DNA from: Ramazzottius varieornatus
Taxonomy: Eukaryota > Animalia > Tardigrada
Reading direction: 5' to 3'
Assembly (NCBI GenBank): GCA_001949185.1
Contig: BDGG01000011.1
Location: 1,013,552 to 1,077,551, forward strand
DNA: 64,000 bases
Shown here: one piece after another, positions 48,450-58,430 of the stretch
Position numbering within the stretch: position 1 is the stretch's first letter
Layout of the letters: every line of letters starts with the position of its first letter
The notes under the pieces: model-generated
What the model saw: only the letters and a program-made list of their open reading frames with translations
Databases searched by the model: none
Told to the model about the DNA's origin: nothing
Made by a program: the position numbers and the translations under genes

Positions 48450-48962
48450 CAGCGGTGGACGGGTACCCGTAATAAATCACCGGTGATTTATTACGCCTTA
48501 TATCGAAAATCACGGAACTGCCACATACGGCCTGCCAAGAACATAGAAGGCNNNNNNNNNNNNNNNNNNNNNNNNNNNNNNNNNNNNNNNNNNNNNNNNN
48601 NCATCAATAAAACAATCGAACGCACAATATATTTTAGCCGTGGACAAAAGTATTTTAGCTGCTTTAGCCGCGGCTAAAATATTTTTAGCCACGGCTGAGA
48701 GCGGCTAAAACGGCTTATTTTAGCTTTGCCGAGCCTTCTATAGCCAAGAACCGGTCCAACAGACAATTTTGGCATCAGTGCGTGAATTCTACCTCTACTG
48801 GACAGGAGACCTGGTGTTCGAACAACACTCGGAACGGTGTTTTTCACACTTATTGATCTTATTGATCGACTGCTCGCCGTTCCAAAGTTGGGCTGTGGTT
48901 GAGGTTGCGAAGCCGTTCTGTGTTTTGGACAATTCACAGAATAAATCACCCGTTCACCGCTT
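48450..48962. mobile_element. hAT-like non-autonomous element with internal TTTAGCC repeats, spanning a gap
   Basis: Termini CAGCGGTGGACGGGT and ACCCGTTCACCGCTT; flanks AATATGAC and CATACGAC (6/8 match). Contains the perfect palindrome CGTAATAAATCACCGGTGATTTATTACG and clustered TTTAGCCG/CGGCTAAA motifs. Confidence 0.6.
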
Positions 48963-50418
48963 CATACGACACATGGAACTCTTCCCGGAAGCTGTGACAA
49001 CGCTCTGTCAACAGGATAGATACACTTATGTTTTCGCTACGGTGCTTTCTAATTGCCTTGTGTGTGCCTTGCTATGCAAGGCATGGCTTTGCCTGTTAAG
49101 GCTTTGCCTGTTAAGCCACGAGTCAGGATAAGCCTGGGTTCAAGATCAGGGTGTTTGTCTTTCAGGTGCTCGTTGACTTGTTCTCTGGTCAGGCAAGCAG
49201 GTCTTTCGGAAAGCAGGCAAAGGTTCCTCAGGTTCCGTACTTCGTCAACTGCTCGATCGAGTCTTCTGATTACCCCACTCAATTCACCGAAGCTCATGAC
49301 GCTACCAAGTATTGAGACAACAGTACGCCGATTACTTCAGCCAGCGCCCACTCGGTACCAATTGATTTTCGGAGTAATTGGTTAATCCTGGAGGGATTAA
49401 ACATAAACAAAAGTTCCCATTCGAATTTGAACCTCCAGCACATGGCCGACTTGGCCGCACGCCTTTGAACTTGGAAAGACGGGCAAGTTGCCGCGCAAAG
49501 GCCAGCCAGTTGATGCTCGGCCATCTCTGTCCCTCAAAAGACGTCTCCTCTGCTAGAACTAACGCAGCGCTTCGCCAGGGAGATGAATCATGAATCTATG
49601 ATGGAAAACCTTATCTATTGTTGAAACGATTTCACCGATGAGCACCAGATACTTGCTATTGACTGCAAAACGTGGAAAGTCACCTTATCGTCTGCAGTTT
49701 ATCGCTTACTGGAACTGTTTCAATGAACAAAGTATAGAATCTGATAATGATCGAACAGGGTTGGAGGTCGTTCTTGCTAATTTCACTGCAACGCTTAAAA
49801 CTTCACAGGCCACCCGGCGAATTTTCCTATACAGTACATTCAGCATCAAAAGATTTGGGCAAGTACTGTAGCTACTGCTTATTTGTAAGATTCGTATGGT
49901 CTGTCCAGGGCCGACGCGCCCTATGTCGAATGGATCAAACTTTTGCTTATGGAACGGTCATGGTGTCGAGACATAAAAATACTTTGATTTGATTGTTGGG
50001 ATGCGTTGTCACCACGATACTACACATCCTCCATTAATCACAACAGTAATTAGAAATCTATACAACGGTGTAAACTAGTTTATCCAAGCTCTTGCATTCA
50101 AAGAGACCAACATGTTACCGCTTAATCACTTTCTGACGAAAGTGTTGTGGCACCAGTACAGTTTTGTGGCTCCGCTGTGGTTCATCAATCAAATCAAAAT
50201 ATTTTTATGTTTCGACCCTATGACCGTTCCATAAGCAAAAGCTTGATCCATTCGAAACAGGGCGCGTGCGCCCTGGNNNNNNNNNNNNNNNNNNNNNNNN
50301 NNNNNNNNNNNNNNNNNNNNNNNNNNGGCCCTGGGTCTGTCTATCACCAAACTACTCGACGGTCGAACAGTGAGGTTACGGTTTACCTTAAGTTAGGGTT
50401 AGCAGGCAGGAACTTCGG

Positions 50419-52022
50419 TCATTGATGTGCGTCGTCGGTAAATTCGTCTTGGCTATGGGGCACCTCTTGTCCGTTAGCGTGGTAATGACTCTGAGCCACC
50501 ATAAGCTCTCGTTCTTTGCAGTTGCGCCACTTCTGCAGGGAAATACAAAGAATGTTTCCAGGCACGCTCACTTTACAGAATTTTGATGTTACCATTCTCC
50601 GATTCTGGAACCACACTTTCACCTGTCCACCAAAAATCTGGTTAGTTTCCCGTAGGTATCTTTCGACTAAGTCCAACATGTCGATATGAATTTCTTGTCC
50701 TGGATTCATGTGAATTCTCAGTGCTAGTGCATTAAGCAATCACTACTCCATGTGGAATGGAATGCCCAGACATTTGCTTAATGGTCGGCAAGCCATTCAT
50801 TGATAATATGAATTACAAAATACGACATTGTCCCTTGATTCATTTCGAGCTATGGGAAGCGCATCATCTGTGTTTGTTTCGCTATTACGCTGTACCAATG
50901 TTTCATGCAAATTAAGGAATGACTTAAACATTGAATACAATGACAAGATAATGGTCGATGTATTTGTGCTATATTGCCTCTTTCAAGCTTACAGCAGTTC
51001 GTACTATGTGATACCTGTGAATCTTTCAGTCCGAGTCCTTCCGCCAGCTTCTTACGGTCAGGTTTACCGATGTACTTCTGGGTCTGAAAACGGTCCTCTA
51101 GTTTCTGCCGTTGAATGTCGGAGAAGACTGCACGACGTGACAGTCCTCGACGCGCTTTCGATGGCGGTCTTCTGAACAAGTCCAAACACGAAAGCGGCTG
51201 ATCCAACGTAAAGTTGCGACGCAGGTCCCAATGCTTGGTAGCAGCAGCTGAAGTTTCGAGGGTTGACCTCACTTCGGTCACGGCGTTATGACCACCAGCA
51301 GCCAAAGAATCCGATGGTGGTGCACGCCTAAAATATACCACCAGACTGGTCTTGGTTTCTCCGCCTGTTTGATTTGCAGCACGTTTTCCCACCTGGTGTG
51401 ACTTTTTCGAAGAGCGGCTTCGGCGTGGTTTACATCGGAGGCTGGATGCGTCTTGTGTAAATTGCTGGACTGTGGACTGGTCGGAAAAGACTCCAGCAGA
51501 GCCAGGCTGGCAAAAAGGTCCACTTCAAGGTTGTGCACTAAGGTGAAGGCTCCGTGCTCTGCGGATAAAAAAAGTAATGACTTATGGACTGTACAGCAGA
51601 AAATTAGCCAAGACTCCATGCACATCGTACTTCGAAACATGGTGTATCTTGATACGGAGGTAGATCGGTCGAGTGGGTTTGACAATGCTTCCCAATCCAT
51701 GATGTGCATCTGGCAGTCGAACTAAGAAAAAGGGGAATCTGGAAGCGGCAGTCTGTTTGTTGTATCACAAGAAAACTCGGGATTTTCGGTTCGCAGGAAA
51801 AGGTTTCAATACAGTGTTCCAATTTCTTACAGGAGCAAAACCTTGTACAATTACAGTACATTGCTCGGCTAATATAAAGGGTTTCCTGAAGTTAGGAGTG
51901 TGAAATGGCGCTGACAGTTTTGTCCGCTTGTCCTGAGTGGACATCAGGAAGTTGCCGGCGGGATGTATGCTATAATTTAAGTATGGCAATATCGGAGTAT
52001 CGATTACGCGTACTGTCTCCAT
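50419..52022 (-). CDS. Dbx: Developing brain homeobox (Dbx) protein; 5' exons uncertain
   Basis: RRGLSRRAVFSDIQRQKLEDRFQTQKYIGKPDRKKLAEGLGLKDSQ|VKVWFQNRRM|KWRNCKERELM matches the Dbx homeodomain signature (RRAVFS, QKYI.KPDRKKLA, LKDSQVK.WFQNRRMKWRN.KERE). Confidence 0.9.
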
Positions 52023-52442
52023 CTCTTCTCACAGATCTCTTCCAATATGTTGGATTTATAGAGGCAACAACCAACAGCCATTGACTCAGCGATTCTTAAC
52101 TTTTCAATGGCTGCATGACATGAAAACTCCAGCCTACTGTAAGCGTATATTGATGCTTCATCGCCAACAAGTGTAGGCTGCTCTCATTGATCACAGCTGT
52201 GGTTGACATCGGATCGTCATCATCTGTTTCATTACGGCCAAATTCGGCTTACCCTCGACGTAGTGCGAAATTCATTGCAATTTCTGGTTTTTATTAAAAA
52301 TAAGATTCCGAAAAGGGCATTTTTTTATGCCGGATCAGTTTGACAGTCTGACATAATACCATGTGCTTCTATTGGCCGCTCTTATAGGCCAGAAACATCT
52401 TTGTGGTATACCCAACGTTAGTCACTGCAGCATCAGAGTTGC

Positions 52443-53184
52443 TCATTGTCTTGCGGGCTGAACAACAAAGACGTTGTTTCCAGCAGGAACATAACCCGGC
52501 GCGACGACGGTCTCGTATGATGGAGGGGCCGAGCGCGTGGAGCTTCTCGAAACGCCACCTGTCGTTAGATTTTTCTCCATCAAGCTTTCGTCTATAGTCA
52601 TCACAGAAACGCCTGAAAGTCCTGGAGAACGTTTTCCGAACAGCAACGCCCCGTTCTTCCGCTCAATCTCCTCTCTCGCACAGCGTCTGCTCATGGTCAC
52701 AGTTAGACAGAGAAGCATGCAGCTTACAACCACAATCAGCGAAATCATCCATACGTCGGAATAGTCAACTCGCGCCAATATCGGTCGCCAGGTTAAGGTT
52801 GTTGCGGGCCGATGTTCCGGTGCAACAACCGTTGTCATCAGGAGCGAGTCCGTCTGGTTATGAGTTGTGGAGTACTTCAACACGCGTGCTGTCTAAAAAG
52901 TTAGAGGAGTTGGGACGAACCGTGCTAGGGTAAAATGTCGATCTAACGTTGGCCGAGCGACTCAGGTTCCTGGTTGGGCTTGAACTTACGTCATTCGCAG
53001 TGTTGATCAATGCAGTAAATAACGAGGATATCGTAGAAGTCCGGGTCGCGGTAGGCGTTGTGTTTATGAAAATTGACTTGGTAGGGACGCGCGGCTCGTG
53101 TGTTGCACTCTCTTGGGCTACCGTTGAGAAGAGCAATGGGAGGCTCAGGAGCAAAAAACAGAACGGTCGCATGGCAGAAGACAT
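52443..53184 (-). CDS. Type I single-pass membrane protein, Ser/Thr-rich ectodomain, cytoplasmic PPSY motif
   Basis: Signal MRPFCFLLLSLPLLFSTVA. A phase-0 intron (about 52988-52893) joins the two track ORFs. TM VWMISLIVVVSCMLLCLTVTM; tail APPSYETVV. Confidence 0.7.
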
Positions 53185-53606
53185 CGTTAAGCTTGACCGG
53201 TCGTATGAAGAACTAGCGCACCAAGCGTGTTTCATATGGAACTTCTGTGTATGCTTGTAGGTAAGTATTTCTGCGGAATACGTCAAGAACCATTGTTCAG
53301 AGTTTTGCTATCTGGTAAGACTTCCGTCGAATGTGTTTACCAAGCGGAAGTTACTTGATAAGGACAAGATGTCTGACCTTCAGTACAGCTAGCTTTCTCC
53401 TCACTTCCGGTTCGCTACTGCGTGCTAACAGTTGTATTCCTTCGGCTGAGCAGGGGCTAGTAAGGGCGAAATGGAACTCTGAATACCCGCACGTGGTTCA
53501 TGACTATCCAGTTCATAGACATGGAAAGTTCGGTGAAGCTCTAGCCGGTAGATTCTTTTTGGATAGCACATTCGAGCTTTAAGCTCTATAAGCCAGGGCA
53601 AAATAC

Positions 53607-53680
53607 GGCCTTGTAGCTCAGTTGGTTAGAGCGCCGTGCTAATAACGCGGATGTCCACGGTTCGATCCCGTGCAGGGCCA
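53607..53680 (+). tRNA. tRNA-Ile (anticodon AAT)
   Basis: Acceptor stem GGCCTTG/CAGGGCC, D-arm TAGCTCAGTTGGTTAGAGC, anticodon arm CCGTG-CTAATAA-CGCGG, T-loop GGTTCGATCC, followed by a TTTT Pol III terminator. Confidence 0.95.
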
Positions 53681-53842
53681 ACTTTTACATATTTTCTGGG
53701 TTTTTTACCGCACAATTTTGCCTTACACCGATGCCGGATAGTTCCGTTCGAGAACAGCCCGATCGACCAATCAATTTTTGTGATATTGACTGAGGTCCAA
53801 CACATGCAAGTACTATGTAGGAGCTCGTGACATATGGGAGGG

Positions 53843-53951
53843 CGGCAGAACAATGTCGGGATGGTTGTTATCTCAAGTGGCGCAGTTTTTTTTGTTGATG
53901 GTTGCAAGCGTGAGCCACTGAAGATAACGACCATCCCGACATTCTTCGCCG
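53843..53951. repeat. Hairpin related to the family C elements (intergenic copy)
   Basis: AATGTCGGGATGGTTGTTATCTCAAGTGGCGCA...TGAGCCACTGAAGATAACGACCATCCCGACATT. Confidence 0.6.
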
Positions 53952-54492
53952 AAATTGCAAAGCACGACGGTTATTTCACGATCAGAATAGAAGCAGTCGT
54001 ACCTAAACGGTATAACAGTCGTACCCCCGTCACGAGACGAAATGTTCATGGAAACGAGAGACTGCCGCAACACGGTCACAGTCTCAAACGGAAAAGTTGC
54101 TTCGCAGCTCTTGGGCCTGTTTGCTGGCCTGGATCGGAAAGTTCTTTCCCAGTAGAGACCCACAGCACTTTCGCCATGTTGTAGCAATGTAACGTACCTC
54201 CTAGTGGATTATTGACTTTGGATTCGCATTAACAACGATAGTGCCTGTTATCCGCTAACCTGACCGAAATAATTTGCGTAAACATTGCATGCAACACAGC
54301 CAACAGTTCGTCCTACCCGTTGATTACACTGTCCATACGGATATGCAATCATAAACTTTTCATGGTAATATATTCATACTGTGAGCTGATATCACAAACA
54401 GTGGGAAGAGTTTGCTGCATTCAACCGCAAAGTGCTTACCTTTACCACACCGATCACACGTTCAGCCGTTCGCATCGTTAAAACGCTTTAAA

Positions 54493-56500
54493 ATGATTTT
54501 TGCATTTTTATCCCTTTTTCTTTTGATTTTCCACTTCGGTTCAACAGCAAGTTCGGCAAATTTAGCTTTCCATAAACACGACGAGAAATTTCCCGATGAT
54601 TTCTGCGACAAGTACGACCAATATCTGACGGCATGGAAGGCATGTTTTCTACTGAATGGAACTAACATACAGTCCCAAAAGTACCATGAGATTATATGTA
54701 TGGACCCGTCGGACGAAGCCTTGCGGTGGTCCTTGGAAGTCTACGCAAAGCAAGAGTGCAAACGTCCACTCCGACTCTACATCACACAGCTGCGCTTCAA
54801 CCCGGACCCAAACATCTTCAGGAGCGTTGCGGATCACCTCGTAACGCTGTTCATCAAATCCTGGGAACCAGAACCAGTGGAGAATGCCCATTCGCATGTC
54901 GTGCAAACGTTTGACCACGAAGGCCGCTATTACCTCAAAGGTAGCGTCAATAGAGCGAAAATTTTGCCGCGCAACCTAATTGTCATCTCAGTAAGGCGAT
55001 ATTACTAAATTTCGTGGTAAAATCATTGTTCCCGAATGACTCACTTCCAACCAAAAGAACAATGCGTACAAATTCAGTGCAATAGGCTGCGATATTACTA
55101 AATTTCGTGGTAAAATCATTGTTCCCGAATGACTCACTTCCAACCAAAGTCAGCTGGTGTCAGATAGTCATAGCCATGGATGCCGCCAGTCAAAAAGTTC
55201 GTGCCATGATCCGAGGGTAGGATGTGCACCCTTACAACTGGGTGCTCAAACCTGAGGGTCCACCAGTGCCTTTCTGCTTGGGGGTCCGAAATCTTTTTTA
55301 GATCAGCTGTTTTGAGGTGGAGGTGCACCTCTCCTGGGAGAATGGCACGAACTTCGTGCGGCAGACGGCGTCCGTGGTTATAGCCGGTACACGCATTTTG
55401 CCTAATTATCGGCCGGGACAAAATTACCAGCCACCGGCCGAAAGCGGCAGCCAGCGCTACTAGCTGAAGCTGAGCAACCAAATTGACCTATCGATGCGCT
55501 GCCGCTCTCGGACAGTGCCGGCGATTTTGTCCCGGCCGATAATTGGGCAAACTTGGTGTACAGGGTTCAATTTTGCCTAATGACGTTGAAGGATTGATCA
55601 TTCGTAGGTCATCCCTTTCTTCATTTGAAGCACGTGAAGCATCTGGACATTGAGTTTGCCACCGGTGCGAACTTCAACTCCATCCCAACAGGTTTCTTCA
55701 ATGGACTTGATGGTCTAGAAGCCTTGATCATTGAAAATCTGCCTCGTGGTTCCTCTATCGCTCTCGGCACCTTTCAGCCGCTGGCGTTACTCAAATGCAT
55801 CACAATCCTCGGTACCACCATTTCTTGCTCCTGCCAAGCCAACGATCATCCATCTAACCGCGGTCATTGGTTGCACCAGTGGCTCCACCGCCATGGTCAC
55901 CTTTGGTGAGTTTACAGTATGGGATTGATCGTCCGTTTGATCTTCTATCTCTTCCACACTTGGCAAAATTTTCGGAGAAAAATTCAGTGTTGTGAACAGC
56001 TTTTATTTTTTGACAGGTCGTCGGCAGATTTTCAGAAACCGGTCACCTATCAGGACACCGAGACAAGGGAAGGTCGGCCTTTCACATGCAAGGTCAAAGT
56101 GGACTGTGAAGTGACAATAGACGATCCACCCTCGAAACTGATTGTCGACTTCCACAAGTACAAGTTCCACCGGCATTGCTTGCACAATACCTCCACGACT
56201 GTCGTGACAACTTATCCTCCATCTACTGCCGGAAGCACCACTCAAGCTACCACAATGGAAACCGATGCAAAGTTGGACGTTGCGCCACCTTGTGAGAGTA
56301 TGGATAGCCTCGAGAACCGAGCGGCAGGCAGAAAGGCTCGGAATAATAACAGTCGATTACCAGATGGGCAAGTTCTGTGCAAACAAGAACCCGAATATCC
56401 TGAGCCAATATCTCAAGAGAGTCGGTCGTCAGCACCTGTGCGTAATGGAGGGCATTTAATTCTTGTAGCTATGGCTCTTTGCACGTTTGGAGGAATCTAG
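54493..56500 (+). CDS. Leucine-rich-repeat cell-surface protein, probably GPI-anchored
   Basis: Signal MIFAFLSLFLLIFHFGSTASS; exons 54493-54940, about 55608-55905 and about 56017-56500. LRR-like FNSIPTGFFNGLDGLEALII and IALGTFQPLALLKCITI, LRRCT-like ISCSC...HWLHQWL, a Thr-rich stalk and hydrophobic C-terminus SSAPVRNGGHLILVAMALCTFGGI. Confidence 0.68.
54996..55148 (+). repeat. Perfect 60-bp direct duplication separated by a 33-bp insert
   Basis: 54996-55055 is identical to 55089-55148; the spacer matches 57496-57528. Confidence 0.9.
55390..55558. mobile_element. TA-flanked MITE (family A-related) in the LRR gene intron
   Basis: TA|CACGCATTTTGCCTAATTATCGGCCGGGACAAAAT..GGCCGAAAGCGGCAGC and GCTGCCGCTCTCGG..ATTTTGTCCCGGCCGATAATTGGGCAAACTTGGTG|TA. 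Confidence 0.7.
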
Positions 56501-58173
56501 GCTTCTTTCCGAGAAAGGAAATATTCCAGCATAGCCGACGACAGGTTGAATTGTACCAATGATCTCACGCTTTTACTCCGCCAGTATTTTACTCGGTTCA
56601 AACTGTGCTTGCGATTGCTACGTCTATCTTGCGCTTCAGGTCTTACGCGCAAGATCACGAAAACTTTTTCGCGTTTAGATCATCGAATATATACAACAAG
56701 GTATCAGCAGAATCTGCTTTGTGCATAATAAAATTCAGTGGCGCGCGGGCCACTATTGAAAAAAACAGATTTCGTAGTCCGACAAACAAATGCAACCGTT
56801 TGTTTTTCCTAGTGACGAATCCACTTGGGAAAACGATCTGGTCGACAATGTTAACCTGGGTTCCATGTAGTGTTGTGTGGACAATGGTACATCCGACATT
56901 CCACAGTGTACGAAGCGAATTCACTTAGAAAGAAATTACGCCAACCATTAAATCTTGATTGTCAAACTGACTTGACAAGAAAAAAGAGGGGAGTCTGGAC
57001 CACAGTTTGTGCTGTAGACCTAGTGCGCATAAAAATCCTGGAACATTACTTGGCATAAAACAGAGGTAGATTTGCACTATTTTAACAAATGAGTTCATCC
57101 CATATCAAACCTTGAAGAAGCAGTATGAGCGATGGACGTTCCGAGTTTTCATCTGGTCTTATAGCTTGCAAGAACAGTTTCGTTTCTCTTCTTAAGATCC
57201 GACGCACGGAAGGTGTGAGTATAGGTCTGTCCAGTCAAGTCCCAACAGCGATCCAAAGTCATCATTTTTCAGCTATGAATTTTGTTTCTCGGGCCACTGA
57301 GAACTGCTGTACTTCTAGTCGAGGACTTCCTGAAACCAAGGTCGAGTAGTTTAAGGTACGAAACGTCGCCGAAGGGCTTCTCAAGATTCGGAGTTGCGGC
57401 CTTGTTCGACACTTCTGGTGCCCACTGTTTGATGATAATAACTCGTATATGTAAACGACTGCTGAACCTGACTAGCATATCCGCGTGCTGCAAGAAGAAC
57501 AATGCGTACAAATTCAGTGCAATAGGCTGCGTGCAGTTCTGCATGGTGTGACGATTGAAGGTGGTTCGGAGAGATTGAATGGTAGGCAATTGACAAAAGA
57601 TGCTGTAGTACTCCTCGTCGTCGGAAAACGAGCTACCCGTTTGCAGAAAGCACGGATTGCCATGGGCGGTGGGCAAGCCTCCGTCCAACGTGACGAGCTT
57701 TTTGGAACGGAAAGGTAATTTTCATCGTTCAACGAATCGGCAATCCTCACCGCCAGAAACCGCGAAAAGGGCGGCGGTCGCATAGACCGAAACAGCCATT
57801 GGTCCGTTTTGAAAGACCAGCAGGCATCCCACACACCATACGTGATTCTGCACCAAATGGTGAATCTTCAGTTTCGTCCAACGATGAACCCCCAAGTTTT
57901 TTATGGAAGCTCGTGGTGGTAAGACACGATTTTAGTTTAATCATCTGAGCAAACTCTCAAGGAGTTATCATGCATCAGGGACATTTATAACGTATTCAGC
58001 GATAACTTTACATTACAATGAACATTTGATGATTTCAACAGACCATTCATCCTCAAAAATTAATTTATAGCGTAGTCCCGTTGATTTCCGCCCGTCTCAC
58101 CGTATCGATCTGTGCCGAAGTTTTGGCAGACTTGAAGTGGCATGCCGGGGCTCCTCGCGTTCGCTGTCAGTTA

Positions 58174-58430
58174 TTAGCCGTACCCGTTGTATGCGCAGCT
58201 TGGGTTGGGATACGTGTAACATAGTCCTCCGCAGTAATAATACGTTGGGCGATTCAGGCCGTTGATGCCATGCTGGTTCCATAGTTGCCAAACCTGTTGA
58301 CGCCCAAACCCAGACTGCTATTATACCCGGAATACATCTGGTTGCCGTAGTATCCCATTTGACCAAACGTCGAGGTAACCGCTAGCGCCATCAAGCAAAC
58401 GAGGAGGACGTTGAAGCTAAAGTATCCCAT
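58174..58430 (-). CDS. Small secreted Gly/Tyr/Asn-rich peptide gene with an apparent 1-nt frameshift (not in the ORF track)
   Basis: ATG at 58430: MGYFSFNVLLVCLMALAVTSTFG|QMGYYGNQMYSGYNSSLGLGVNRFGNYGTSM(ASTA*, stop at 58254). Adding one base after TSM continues as GINGLNRPTYYYCGGLCYTYPNPSCAYNGYG* (stop at 58174). Confidence 0.65.

Noticed and set aside
56600-57950. Possible decayed transposase region
   Set aside because: All frames I read are broken by stops and no diagnostic motif was found; kept only as the donor of the 37-bp templated insertion.
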